NCBI GenBank assembly: GCA_963718235.1 | Contig: CAVQYR010000001.1 | Location: forward strand, 1,888,001-1,952,000 | DNA length: 64,000 bases | Reading direction: 5' to 3' | Source: an uncultured Actinomycetota bacterium | GTDB lineage: Bacteria > Actinomycetota > Actinomycetes > JAHEKZ01 | Shown here: one piece after another, positions 23,687 to 33,858 of the stretch | How positions within the stretch are numbered: position 1 is the first letter of the stretch | How the letters are laid out: each line of letters starts with the position of its first letter | Made by a program: the position numbers and the translations under genes | The notes under the pieces: generated by a model | What the model was told of the DNA's origin: nothing | The model's database searches: none | What the model saw: the letters and a program-made list of their open reading frames with translations, nothing else

Positions 23687-25212
23687 TCTCCGGCGCCTGT
23701 GAGCTTCTCGCGAAGCGCCGCGAGCGCCTCGTCAGAGGCCAGTGCACCCTCGACCTCGGCCGGAGCCTCGGTGCTGTAGGTGGACGGGGTGTCCCCCGCC
23801 TCCAGAGCCGCCGCCTGGTCGGCCTTGCGCGCCTCCTCGACCTGCTTCTTGTGCTGCTCGAAACGGGCCTGGGCGTCGGCGTACTGCTTCTCCCACTCCT
23901 CGCGCTGCTTCTCGTAGCCGGGCAGCCAGTCGTTGGTCTCCGGGTCGAAGCCCTCGGGGTAGACGTAGTTGCCCTGCTCGTCGTAGACCGCAGCCATGCC
24001 GTAGAGCGTGGGGTCGAACTCGACGGTCTCGCCGGCCCCCTCGTTGGCCTGCTTCAGCGACAGCGAGATGCGACGGCGGTCGAGGTCGATGTCGATGACC
24101 TTGACGAAGATCTCGGTGCCGACCTGGACGACCTGCTCGGGGATCTCCACGTGGCGCTCGGCCAGCTCGGAGATGTGCACCAGGCCCTCGATGCCCTCGT
24201 CGACCCGGACGAAGGCGCCGAACGGGACGAGCTTGGTGACCTTGCCGGGCACGACCTGCCCGATCTGGTGGGTGCGGGCGAAGTGCTGCCACGGGTCTTC
24301 CTGGGTGGCCTTCAGCGACAGGGACACGCGCTCGCGGTCCATGTCGACGTCGAGCACCTCGACGGTGACCTCCTGGCCCACCTCGACGACCTCGCTGGGG
24401 TGGTCGATGTGCTTCCAGGACAGCTCCGAGACGTGGACGAGCCCGTCGACCCCGCCGAGGTCGACGAACGCACCGAAGTTCACGATGCTGCTGACCACAC
24501 CGCTGCGGACCTGGCCCTTCTGCAGCGTGGTGAGGAAGTTCTGGCGGACCTCGGACTGGGTCTGCTCCAGCCAGGCGCGGCGGCTGAGCACCACGTTGTT
24601 GCGGTTCTTGTCGAGCTCGATGATCTTGGCCTCGATCTCCTTGCCCACGTAGGGCTGGAGGTCGCGCACACGGCGCATCTCGACCAGGGAGGCCGGCAGG
24701 AAGCCGCGCAGGCCGATGTCCAGGATGAGACCGCCCTTGACGACCTCGATGACGGTGCCCTTGACGACGCCGTCCTCCTCCTTGACCTGCTCGATCGTGC
24801 CCCACGCGCGCTCGTACTGGGCGCGCTTCTTGGACAGGATCAGGCGCCCCTCCTTGTCCTCCTTCTGCAGGACCAGGGCCTCGATCTGGTCGCCGACGGA
24901 GACCACCTGGGCGGGGTCGACGTCGTGCTTGATCGACAGCTCACGGGAGGGGATCACGCCCTCGGTCTTGTAGCCGATGTCGAGCAGGACCTCGTCGCGG
25001 TCGACCTTGACGATGGTTCCTTCGACGATGTCGCCGTCGTTGAAGTACTTGATGGTCGCGTCGATGGCAGCGAGGAAGTCCTCGGCCGTTCCGACGTCGT
25101 TGAGGGCCACCTGGGTGACCGTTGCGGCGGGTGTTCCCGCCGGCTCACCGACCGGCGCGCCGCTCGGGGGCTCGGTGGTGGGGCTGGGGGCGACCTCGGT
25201 GCTGCTCGTCAT
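23683..25212 (-). CDS. rpsA: 30S ribosomal protein S1
   Basis: Four S1 repeats, actinobacterial C-terminus ASDEALAALREKL; start taken at ATG 25212 after GGAG. Confidence 0.98.
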   Translation of the reverse strand: MTSSTEVAPSPTTEPPSGAPVGEPAGTPAATVTQVALNDVGTAEDFLAAIDATIKYFNDGDIVEGTIVKVDRDEVLLDIGYKTEGVIPSRELSIKHDVDPAQVVSVGDQIEALVLQKEDKEGRLILSKKRAQYERAWGTIEQVKEEDGVVKGTVIEVVKGGLILDIGLRGFLPASLVEMRRVRDLQPYVGKEIEAKIIELDKNRNNVVLSRRAWLEQTQSEVRQNFLTTLQKGQVRSGVVSSIVNFGAFVDLGGVDGLVHVSELSWKHIDHPSEVVEVGQEVTVEVLDVDMDRERVSLSLKATQEDPWQHFARTHQIGQVVPGKVTKLVPFGAFVRVDEGIEGLVHISELAERHVEIPEQVVQVGTEIFVKVIDIDLDRRRISLSLKQANEGAGETVEFDPTLYGMAAVYDEQGNYVYPEGFDPETNDWLPGYEKQREEWEKQYADAQARFEQHKKQVEEARKADQAAALEAGDTPSTYSTEAPAEVEGALASDEALAALREKLTGAGE

Positions 25213-25363
25213 GTAAAGGGACTCCGGATGCGGACAGGAACTCGTGCCGATGCGCGGAGGACCGTTTTCGCCGTGCCGAAACCCCCTGATGACGGGAAAC
25301 CGACAGAATGCGAGCGCGAGCCTGCTCGGTCTGAGGACGCACGGGCCCACTGCGCTTCCGGGG

Positions 25364-25393
25364 AGTCTACGGTGGCCGCCGTGACAGGGTCAA
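25364..25393 (-). promoter_or_regulatory. SigA-type promoter of rpsA with a ~145 nt 5' leader
   Basis: TTGACC-N18-TAGACT on the minus strand. Confidence 0.7.
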
Positions 25394-26256
25394 TCGAGGC
25401 GTCCCGACGCGCCGATGGGCGCGACGTGACGCAGGCCGAGGCCCGTCGGGCGGCCCGCAGCTGGTGGGACGCCCACGCCGACGAGTACCAGGCCGAGCAC
25501 GGGGACGCCCTGGGCGGGTCGTCGCTGGTCTGGGGCCCGGAGGGCCTGACCGAGGCGGTGGCCATGCTGCTCGGCCCCATCGACGGGGCCCGGGTGCTCG
25601 AGGTCGGCTGCGGAGCCGGCCAGGGCAGCCGTTGGGTGACCGCCTCCGGGGGCCTCGCCCTCGGGGTCGACCTCTCCCTCGGCCAGCTGCGCCACGCCAG
25701 GGGCTTGGACCTGACCGGCCGGGACCGCGGAAGGTGGGTGTGCGCCGACGCGACGGCCCTCCCGCTGGGGCCGGACACCGTCGACGTGGCCTTCTCGGCC
25801 TACGGCGCCCTGCAGTTCGTGGCCGACCCGGAGTCCGTGCACCGTGAGGTCGCTCGGGTGCTGCGCCCCGGTGGACGGTGGGTCTTCTCGGTCACCCATC
25901 CGATCCGGTGGGCCTTCCCGGACGACCCGGGGCCGGCCGGACTCACCGTCGTCCGGTCGTACTTCGACCGCGCTGCGTACCTGGAGCAGGACGACGGCGT
26001 CGTCACCTACCTCGAGACCCACCGAACCCTCGGCGACCAGGTCCGGATGCTCAGCCGGCACGGGTTCGTCATCGAGGACCTGGTCGAGCCGCAGTGGCCC
26101 GAGGGCCATGACCGCACCTGGGGCGGCTGGAGCCCTCTGCGCGGTCGGCTCATCCCGGGGACCGTCGTCTTCGTGACCCACCTGCTCGGGCCGCCGAGCC
26201 TCAGCGGTACCCAGGCTCGGTCCGCACGGGGCCAGGCGCCCGGGGCCCGAGGATGA
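25381..26256 (+). CDS. Class I SAM-dependent methyltransferase
   Basis: WWDAHADEY, VLEVGCGAG, RVLRPGG; commonly divergent from rpsA in actinobacteria; start approximate. Confidence 0.88.
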   Translation: MTGSIEASRRADGRDVTQAEARRAARSWWDAHADEYQAEHGDALGGSSLVWGPEGLTEAVAMLLGPIDGARVLEVGCGAGQGSRWVTASGGLALGVDLSLGQLRHARGLDLTGRDRGRWVCADATALPLGPDTVDVAFSAYGALQFVADPESVHREVARVLRPGGRWVFSVTHPIRWAFPDDPGPAGLTVVRSYFDRAAYLEQDDGVVTYLETHRTLGDQVRMLSRHGFVIEDLVEPQWPEGHDRTWGGWSPLRGRLIPGTVVFVTHLLGPPSLSGTQARSARGQAPGARG

Positions 26257-26825
26257 ACGGACCGTCCCTCTCGACCTCGGTCCGCACGATGCGGCCCCAC
26301 GAGTTCGCCGAGGTCCGCGACCTCGCCGCGGCGGCGTTCGGTGACGACCCCCAGATCAGCCGTCTGTTCGACCTGCTCCAGGCGTCCTGGGCGTGGGAGT
26401 GCGACCTCTCGTTCGTCGCCGAGAGCGCCGGGCAGATCGTCGGCCAGGTGCTCTACACGCACGCCTTCCTCGACGCCGACCGGAGCCTCGTGGGGGTGCT
26501 TGTCCTCGGCCCCCTCGCGGTGCGCTCCGACCTGCACCGCCGAGGGGTGGGAACACAGCTGGTCACCCAGACACTGACCCGGCTCCAGGAGCGTGCGGAG
26601 CCGCTGGTCCTCCTGGAGGGTCATCCGGGCTACTACCCGCGGTTCGGCTTCGAGCGCGGTCGGGACCTCGGTCTCCTCGCCCCGTCCAGCCGCACCCCCG
26701 ACGAAGCCTTCATGGCCTACCGGCTGCCGGCCTACCGATCCTGGATGCGTGGACGGCTGGTCTACCCCGACCCGTTCTGGCGCGCTGACGCCGTGGGGCT
26801 GCGGGGCCAGACGCCGCCTCAGTGA
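26253..26825 (+). CDS. GNAT N-acetyltransferase (YhbS-like)
   Basis: LGPLAV..HRRGVG, LEGHPGYYPRFGF; ATGA overlap with upstream gene. Confidence 0.88.
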   Translation: MNGPSLSTSVRTMRPHEFAEVRDLAAAAFGDDPQISRLFDLLQASWAWECDLSFVAESAGQIVGQVLYTHAFLDADRSLVGVLVLGPLAVRSDLHRRGVGTQLVTQTLTRLQERAEPLVLLEGHPGYYPRFGFERGRDLGLLAPSSRTPDEAFMAYRLPAYRSWMRGRLVYPDPFWRADAVGLRGQTPPQ

Positions 26826-29491
26826 GCCGCTGAGTCCCAGGTCCTGCCGAGCCCGACGCTGACCTCGAGCGGTGCCCGGAGGGGGTAGGCCTCGCGCATG
26901 TGGTGGCGCACGAGGGCCTCGAGGGCCTCGGTCTCCCCTGGCGCCACCTCGAGCACCAGCTCGTCATGGACCTGCAGCAGCAGTCTCGACCGCAGACCCG
27001 ACGCACGCAGGGCCGCGTCGACATCGAGCATGGCCACCTTGATGATGTCGGCCGCCGAGCCCTGGATCGGCGCGTTCAGCGCCATCCGCTCGGCCATCTC
27101 CCGGCGCTGACGGTTGTCGCTCGTGAGGTCCGGGAGGTACCGGCGACGGCCCATCACGGTCTCGGTGTAGCCCGACATCCGAGCCTCCTCGACGATCCCG
27201 GCGAGGTAGTCGCGCACACCCCCGAACCGGGCGAAGTACTCATCCATCAGCGCCCGGGCCTCGTCGGGGGCGATCCCGAGCTGCTGAGCCAGCCCGTAGG
27301 CGGACAGCCCGTAGGCCAGCCCGTAGGACATGGCCTTGATCTTCGACCGCATCGCCGGGTCCACGGCGTCCGGCTCGACCGCGAAGACCGACGACGCGAC
27401 GGTGGTGTGGAGGTCCTCCCCCGAGGCGAACGCCTCGATCAGCGCCTCGTCAGCGGACAGGTGGGCCATGATCCGCATCTCGACCTGGCTGTAGTCGGCG
27501 GTCATGAGCGTCTCGAACTCGGGTCCGACCACGAACGCCGCCCGGATCCGCCGCCCCTCGTCGGTGCGGATGGGGATGTTCTGCATGTTGGGGTCGGTGG
27601 ACGACAGCCGACCGGTCGCGGCGACGGTCTGGTTGTACGTCGTGTGGATCCGGCCGTCGTCGGCCACCGACCGCTGGAGCCCCTCGACGGTCACCAGCAG
27701 CTTGGAGACGTCCCGGTGGCGCAGGAGATGCTCCAGGAACGGGTGGTCGGTGCTCGCGTAGAGCCCGGTGAGCGCCTCGGCGTCGGTGGTGTACCCCGTC
27801 TTGATCCGCTTGGTCTTGGGCAGGCCGAGCTCGTCGAACAGCACGCCCTGCAGCTGCTTGGGTGACCCGAGGTTCACCTCGTGCCCGATCACGGCGTACG
27901 CCAGGTCGGCCGCCCGCTTGACCTCCTCGGCGAAGTGCTGCCGCAGCCCGTCCAGGTACTCCTGGTCGACGCCGACCCCCACCTGCTCCATGGCCACGAG
28001 CACGGCGGTCAGCGGCAGCTCGACCTCCTGCAGCAGCCGGGTACCCCCGTGCGCCTCGACCGCGCCGTCGAGCACCACGGCGAGGTCGCGGACGGCTGCC
28101 GCCTGCGCGCCGCTGGCCGCGGCCGCCTCAGCCTCGGGGTCGCCGCCCAGCATCAGCTGACCGTCTCCCGCGTCGCTGCCCAGGTCGCGACCGAGGTAGC
28201 GCACCGTGAGGTCGACCAGGTCGTAGCTGCGCTGGTCCGGACGGACGAGGTAGGCCGCCAGCGCGGTGTCGGCCGTCAGCCCCTCGACCCCCCAGCCGTG
28301 AGCCGCCAGTGCCAGGAGTGGCCCGTTGGCGTCGTGCATCGCCTTCTCGACGGCGGGGTCGGACAGCCATGAGGCCCAGGCCCGCTCACTGTCCGTGTCC
28401 AGCCCGGCCGGCTCGAACCAGCACACCGGCCCGTCCGCGGCCGCCACGGCGACGGAGTCGACCCGTCCGGTGCCGCGTCCCCATGCCCCTGAGACGACCA
28501 GGGCGTGGCGCGACCCAGCGGGTGCGTGCTCGGCGAGCCAGTGCCCGAGGGCGGCCGCCTCGACCCGCTCGACGTCCGGCTCGACCGCGGGTGCGGCGAT
28601 CGGCTCGTCGCTGTCCAGGGTCGCGTAGAGGCGGTCGCGCAGCACCCGGAACTGCAGGGCGTCGAAGACCTCGTGCACGGCCTCTCGGTCCCAGGCTTCA
28701 CGCTGGAGGGCGTCAGGGGTCACGTCGAGCGGGACGTCGCGGACCAGCTCGGTCAGTCGCCGGTTCGTGACCACCTGGGCCAGGTGCAGACGCAGCGCCT
28801 CACCCACCTTCCCCTTCACCTCGTCGGCGCGGTCCACCAACGCGTCCAGCGAACCGAACTCCCGCACCCATTTGGCCGCCGTCTTGTCACCGACCCCGGG
28901 GATTCCCGGCAGGTTGTCGCTCGGGTCTCCGCGCAGCGCTGCGTAGTCGGGGTATTGGGCGGGGGTGAGCCCGTACTTGTCCTCCACTGCCGCAGGAGTC
29001 ATCCGGGCCAGGTCGGAGACGCCCTTGCGCGGGTAGAGGACGGTGACGTCCGGGTCGACCAGCTGGAAGGCGTCGCGGTCGCCGGTGATCACCGCCACCT
29101 CGTATCCCAGGGCCTCGGCCTGCGTGGTCAGCGTCGCGATGATGTCGTCGGCCTCGTACCCGTCGACGGCCAGCCAGGGGATGTGCAGGGCCTGCAGCAC
29201 TTCCTGGATCAGGCTGACCTGCCCCTTGAACGGCTCAGGCGTCGCGCTGCGGTTGGCCTTGTAGTCGGCGAACTCCGCTGTGCGAAACGTCGTCCGGGAC
29301 ACGTCGAAGGCGACCGCCAGGTGGCTCGGCTCCTCGTCCCGCAGCGCGTTGATCAACATCGACGTGAAGCCGTAGACCGCATTGGTCGGCTGGCCGGTCG
29401 ACGTCGAGAAGTTCTCGACCGGCAGGGCGTAGAACGCCCGGTAGGCCAGGGAGTGTCCGTCGAGCAGCAGCAGGCGCGGTCGGGAGGTCAC
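26819..29491 (-). CDS. polA: DNA polymerase I
   Basis: LLLDGHSLAYRAF 5'-exonuclease, TGRLSS, DYSQVEMR, QVHDEL. Confidence 0.99.
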   Translation of the reverse strand: MTSRPRLLLLDGHSLAYRAFYALPVENFSTSTGQPTNAVYGFTSMLINALRDEEPSHLAVAFDVSRTTFRTAEFADYKANRSATPEPFKGQVSLIQEVLQALHIPWLAVDGYEADDIIATLTTQAEALGYEVAVITGDRDAFQLVDPDVTVLYPRKGVSDLARMTPAAVEDKYGLTPAQYPDYAALRGDPSDNLPGIPGVGDKTAAKWVREFGSLDALVDRADEVKGKVGEALRLHLAQVVTNRRLTELVRDVPLDVTPDALQREAWDREAVHEVFDALQFRVLRDRLYATLDSDEPIAAPAVEPDVERVEAAALGHWLAEHAPAGSRHALVVSGAWGRGTGRVDSVAVAAADGPVCWFEPAGLDTDSERAWASWLSDPAVEKAMHDANGPLLALAAHGWGVEGLTADTALAAYLVRPDQRSYDLVDLTVRYLGRDLGSDAGDGQLMLGGDPEAEAAAASGAQAAAVRDLAVVLDGAVEAHGGTRLLQEVELPLTAVLVAMEQVGVGVDQEYLDGLRQHFAEEVKRAADLAYAVIGHEVNLGSPKQLQGVLFDELGLPKTKRIKTGYTTDAEALTGLYASTDHPFLEHLLRHRDVSKLLVTVEGLQRSVADDGRIHTTYNQTVAATGRLSSTDPNMQNIPIRTDEGRRIRAAFVVGPEFETLMTADYSQVEMRIMAHLSADEALIEAFASGEDLHTTVASSVFAVEPDAVDPAMRSKIKAMSYGLAYGLSAYGLAQQLGIAPDEARALMDEYFARFGGVRDYLAGIVEEARMSGYTETVMGRRRYLPDLTSDNRQRREMAERMALNAPIQGSAADIIKVAMLDVDAALRASGLRSRLLLQVHDELVLEVAPGETEALEALVRHHMREAYPLRAPLEVSVGLGRTWDSAAH

Positions 29492-29539
29492 CGGTCGATC
29501 CTAGGGAGGTCGCACGGGCGCGGTCTCTAGTCTGAGGTC

Positions 29540-29965
29540 ATGCCCGGACCCGACCATGACGACCGCACGCACGACTACCGGGACCGGCTGCCGGACGCCG
29601 CGATCCATGAGCGGCTCGGGATCGAGGTGCTCGAGGCCACGATGGACCGGGTGGTCGGCCGGATGCCGGTCGAGGGGAACACCCAGCCCACGGGTCTGCT
29701 GCACGGCGGCGCGTCCTTGGTCCTGGCCGAGAGCCTCGGCTCGATCGGCGCCGCACTGCACGCCTACCCGACCGCTGTGCCAGTGGGGATCGAGATCAGC
29801 GCCTCACATCTACGCTCGGCGTGTCAGGGCATGGTCACCGGGACGGCGCTGCCCCTGCGGATCGGGCGAACCCTGAGCACCTGGCAGATCACCGTCGTCG
29901 ATGACGACGGCCGCGACCTCTGCACCGTTCGCCTGACTTGCCTGCTACGACCGAGCAGCGCGTGA
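29540..29965 (+). CDS. PaaI/hotdog-fold thioesterase
   Basis: NTQPTGLLHGGASLVLAE; TAGTCT -10 6 nt before ATG (leaderless). Confidence 0.9.
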   Translation: MPGPDHDDRTHDYRDRLPDAAIHERLGIEVLEATMDRVVGRMPVEGNTQPTGLLHGGASLVLAESLGSIGAALHAYPTAVPVGIEISASHLRSACQGMVTGTALPLRIGRTLSTWQITVVDDDGRDLCTVRLTCLLRPSSA

Positions 29966-30505
29966 CCGGGCGCGCCGACTGACCAGTAGGGTCCGTCGCG
30001 CGTGCGGCTCGGCGCCGAGCTTGCGCTGGAGCGTGGCCAGGGGCACTGCCCGGCGTACCGAGAACGGGCTGAACCCGAGTCGGGCGAAGAACCGGTTGCT
30101 CTCCCTGGCGTTGGGGAGGACCGAGACGGTCACGTAGTCCAGACGTGACTCCTGCGCCCGCTGAGCGGCGGCGGCGACCAGTGCCCGACCCACGCCGCGA
30201 CGTCGACGGTCGTCTCGCACATGCATGAACGAGATCTGCATCGTGCGCTCGTCGGTCAGCGGGTTCATCGGCAGGACGCTGAGTACGGCGAGCCCCACGG
30301 GCTCGCCGTCAGACTCGACCACGACCAGCTCGTGGTCCGGCGAGTCGGCGATGGCCGACAGCCGCTCGCCCAGTCCGGCGAGCGTGCTCGGGGGCGCATA
30401 GGGTCCCCAGCGAGCCCCGGAGTCGCGCAGCTCGCCCCACAGGGTCGCCACCGCTTCGAGGTCGGAGCTGCGGGCCGGGCGGACCACGGGTGGGGTACGG
30501 GGCAC
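29945..30505 (-). CDS. GNAT N-acetyltransferase
   Basis: VRPA..DL, HVRDDRRRRGVG, NRFFARLGF; GAGAGGAG RBS before GTG 30505. Confidence 0.85.
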   Translation of the reverse strand: MPRTPPVVRPARSSDLEAVATLWGELRDSGARWGPYAPPSTLAGLGERLSAIADSPDHELVVVESDGEPVGLAVLSVLPMNPLTDERTMQISFMHVRDDRRRRGVGRALVAAAAQRAQESRLDYVTVSVLPNARESNRFFARLGFSPFSVRRAVPLATLQRKLGAEPHARRTLLVSRRARSRAARS

Positions 30506-30650
30506 GTCGTCTCCTCTCACCACCGCCCACGGCCGCGGATGTGGTGTCCACCTAGGCTCCCCCGTGCAGCTGCAGCCTACGTCGCCCGGCCACTCGGGGT
30601 CGGCATCCCACTCGCCCGGCTGGCGGCATGAGACGGAGGTGCACGGCCAG

Positions 30651-31412
30651 GTGGTCATCGGCGCCGGAACGGCTCTCAACGTCGCCACCGTCCTCGTGGG
30701 CGGGTCGCTGGGCCTGCTCCTGGGCGGCCGGATGGCGGCGCGCACTCGTGAGGTGGTTACCGACGGGCTGGGGCTGGTGACCCTCGTCGTCGCGGGTCTC
30801 AACGCGCTGGCAGTCACCGACCCGGCCCTCAGCGAGGCCCTGGGAGACGGCTGGCCCCTGCTCGTCGTGCTGGCAGCCGTGGTCGTGGGTGGGGTCGTCG
30901 GCTCGCTGCTGCGCCTCGAGTCCCGCCTCGAGTCGCTGGGCGACGTGCTCGTGCGCCGGTTCGGCGGCGCCTCGGTCGCCGGCGTCGACGCAGCGTCCGA
31001 CCGACGACGCCTCGTCGAAGGCTTCGTCACGACGAGCCTGATCTTCTGTGTGGGCCCCCTCACCGTGCTCGGGTCGCTCCAGGACGGCCTGGGGCGGGGC
31101 ATCGACCTGCTCGCCCTCAAGGCGACCCTCGACGGCTTCGCGGCACTGGCCTTCGCCGCCTCGCTGGGCTGGGGGGTCCTGCTCTCGGCGTTCACCGTGC
31201 TGATCGTCCAGGGCGGGCTCACGCTCGCCGGCGCCGCGCTGGGAGACGTGCTGACCGACGCGCAGGTCGAGGCCCTGACGGCAACGGGCGGAGTCCTGCT
31301 GCTGGGAGTGGGCCTTCGCCTGCTACGGCTCAAGGCCGTCCCCGTGGCGGACCTCCTCCCAGCGCTTCTGGTCGCCCCCCTCCTGGTCTCCCTGCTCGTC
31401 GCCTTCCGCTGA
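30651..31412 (+). CDS. DUF554 family membrane protein
   Basis: GTALNV, EGFVTTSLIFCVGPLTVLGS, KATLDGF; start approximate. Confidence 0.88.
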   Translation: MVIGAGTALNVATVLVGGSLGLLLGGRMAARTREVVTDGLGLVTLVVAGLNALAVTDPALSEALGDGWPLLVVLAAVVVGGVVGSLLRLESRLESLGDVLVRRFGGASVAGVDAASDRRRLVEGFVTTSLIFCVGPLTVLGSLQDGLGRGIDLLALKATLDGFAALAFAASLGWGVLLSAFTVLIVQGGLTLAGAALGDVLTDAQVEALTATGGVLLLGVGLRLLRLKAVPVADLLPALLVAPLLVSLLVAFR

Positions 31413-31568
31413 CCGCGGCCACTCGGAGGCCGCAGAGCGTGGGCCTGGGCAATGAGGGGCATTTCGTGACCCGCGAAGCCACCCGCTGGGCCGCCGACCT
31501 GGCTATGCTCCGGCGCACGACGGACCGATCGCCAGGTCGGGACACCCCAACCACGAGGGGACGATCGG

Positions 31569-32858
31569 GTGCGCACACGGCTGCTTCAGGGCCTTCTCGT
31601 CGTCGTGATCGGGCTCATCGGCGCCGTAGGGTTCGCGGGCGTCGCACTGGCCGGCGTCGTACTGGCAGAGGACGAGCCGACTGGCACCATCCAGGGGTTC
31701 CTCCGCGACCTCGGAGGCAACCCGGTCCCGGGGGTCGACGTCACTGCCTCCGGTGCCGAAGACTTCTCGGGCACTGGAACCAGTGACCAGTCCGGACGCT
31801 GGGAGATCGCGGTACCGGGCCCGGGCACGTACACCGTCGAGCTGAATGTCGACACCCTTCCTGAGGGGGTGGCGGAGCCCACCAAGAACCCGATCGAGAA
31901 CGTCGTCGTGACCGGGTCGGCGCGTACGGTTCTGTTCACTCTGGGCGAGCGCGAGCGAGACCTCACGAGCAAGTGGGACCAGGCCGCCCAGCTCACCGTC
32001 GAGGGAATTCGCTTCGGACTGGTCATCGCGTTGGCCGCAGTCGGGCTGTCCCTCATCTACGGGACGACCGGACTCACCAACTTCGCCCACGGTGAGATCG
32101 TCACCTTCGGCGCCATCATCACCTGGTGGCTCAACATCACTGTGGGCCTACCGTTCCTGGTTGCCGCTCTGTTGGGCGTCGTTCTTTCCGGCGGATTCGG
32201 GTTCCTGAACGACCGGGGTCTGTGGAAACCTCTGCGCAAACGCCAGACAGGCTTGATCGCGATGATGATCGTGTCGATCGGACTGGCTCTGGCGCTGCAG
32301 AACATCTACCTGATCTTCTTCGGCGGCGCGAGCCGACCCTTCGCTGCCTATGAGACCCAGGCGGGCATCGAGCTCGGCCCGGTGAGCCTCACCCCCAAGG
32401 ACATGGCCGCCATGGTGATCGCCGTCGTCGTACTGACGCTGGCCGGTCTGGCCCTGCTCAAGACGAGGCTGGGCAAGGCGACCAGGGCCGTCTCCGACAA
32501 CCCGGCGCTCGCCGCATCCAGCGGCATCGACGTCGAGCGGGTGATCCTGGTCGTCTGGATCGTCGGGGCAGCGCTCGCCGGTCTGGGCGGGATCCTGCAG
32601 GGCCTCACGCAGCAGGTCTTTCCGCTGCTCGGGGCCCAGAGCCTGCTGCTGATCTTTGCTGCGGTCACCCTCGGTGGACTGGGAACAGCCTTCGGCGCAC
32701 TTGTCGGGAGCCTCCTGGTCGGCCTGTTCATCAACCTTTCGACGCTCATACCCGGCATGACGCCAGAACTGAAGAACGTCGGAGCCCTGCTCCTGCTCAT
32801 CGTCGTGCTCATGGTTCGGCCACAGGGGATCCTGGGTCGACGAAGCCGGGTCGGCTGA
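31569..32858 (+). CDS. livH: Branched-chain amino acid ABC permease (LivH-like) with an extracellular N-terminal beta domain
   Basis: GLSLIYGTTGLTNFAHGE, RAVSDN, RPQGILG. Confidence 0.9.
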   Translation: MRTRLLQGLLVVVIGLIGAVGFAGVALAGVVLAEDEPTGTIQGFLRDLGGNPVPGVDVTASGAEDFSGTGTSDQSGRWEIAVPGPGTYTVELNVDTLPEGVAEPTKNPIENVVVTGSARTVLFTLGERERDLTSKWDQAAQLTVEGIRFGLVIALAAVGLSLIYGTTGLTNFAHGEIVTFGAIITWWLNITVGLPFLVAALLGVVLSGGFGFLNDRGLWKPLRKRQTGLIAMMIVSIGLALALQNIYLIFFGGASRPFAAYETQAGIELGPVSLTPKDMAAMVIAVVVLTLAGLALLKTRLGKATRAVSDNPALAASSGIDVERVILVVWIVGAALAGLGGILQGLTQQVFPLLGAQSLLLIFAAVTLGGLGTAFGALVGSLLVGLFINLSTLIPGMTPELKNVGALLLLIVVLMVRPQGILGRRSRVG

Positions 32859-32868
32859 GGAGACCACC

Positions 32869-33858
32869 ATGGACTGGGATTTCATCTTCACCGCATCGGT
32901 CTCGTACGCGTTGGGGGCCGTGACCGTGGCCTACTGCCTCGCCGCCATCGGTCTCAACATGCAGTTCGGCTACACCGGACTCCTCAACTTCGGACAGGCA
33001 GCCTTCCTGGCTGCTGCCGGGTACGGCATGGCTGTCATCGTCACCACATTCGAGCTGCCGTTCTGGGTTGGTCTGTTCGTCGGTCTGCTCGCCACGCTCG
33101 GCCTCGCCCTGCTGCTCGGGCTCCCGACCCTGCGACTGCGCGCGGACTACCTCGCGATCGTCACGATCGCCGCCGCCGAAGTCGTCCGGCTCATCGTGCG
33201 ATCGGTGAAGTTCAAGGAGACTTTCGGCGGCTCGGACGGCCTGCAGCAGTTCGCCGACCAGTTCTACGACCTGAGCCCGCTGCCCGACACGTTCCGGATC
33301 AACTTCGGACCGTTTCTCTTCAGCAACCAAGAGCTCTGGGTCATGATCGTCGGCTGGTCCCTGGTCGGGGTCTTCTCGTTGGTCAGCTTCCTGCTGGTCC
33401 GCAGTCCCTGGGGGCGCATCCTCAAGGGCATCCGTGAGGACGAGGACGCTGTGCGCAGCCTCGGCAAGAACGTCTACTGGTACAAGATGCAGGCGCTCAT
33501 GCTCGGAGCGGCGATGGCCGGGTTCGGTGGGTTCATCATCGGGATCTTCTTCAACGCCGTTTCACCTGACATCTACGCCACTGCCCTCACCTTCGCCATC
33601 TACACGATCTTGATCCTGGGCGGCGCCGCGCGCATTGCTGGGCCAATCCTGGGAGCCATCCTGTTCGGGTTCATCTTCCAGTTCGTGTCGGTGGTCCTGA
33701 ACGAGGCTGTCGCCGCCGACTACATCCAGTTCCTCGACAGCAGCCAGACAGCGCAGGTACGACTCGTGCTCGTCGGGGTGGGACTCATGGTCCTGATGAT
33801 CTTCCGTCCACAAGGGATCCTCGGAGACCGGAGGGAGATCGCACTCGATGCCCGCTGA
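32869..33858 (+). CDS. livM: Branched-chain amino acid ABC permease (LivM-like)
   Basis: GYTGLLNFGQ, LRLRADYLAIVT, IREDEDA. Confidence 0.92.
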   Translation: MDWDFIFTASVSYALGAVTVAYCLAAIGLNMQFGYTGLLNFGQAAFLAAAGYGMAVIVTTFELPFWVGLFVGLLATLGLALLLGLPTLRLRADYLAIVTIAAAEVVRLIVRSVKFKETFGGSDGLQQFADQFYDLSPLPDTFRINFGPFLFSNQELWVMIVGWSLVGVFSLVSFLLVRSPWGRILKGIREDEDAVRSLGKNVYWYKMQALMLGAAMAGFGGFIIGIFFNAVSPDIYATALTFAIYTILILGGAARIAGPILGAILFGFIFQFVSVVLNEAVAADYIQFLDSSQTAQVRLVLVGVGLMVLMIFRPQGILGDRREIALDAR

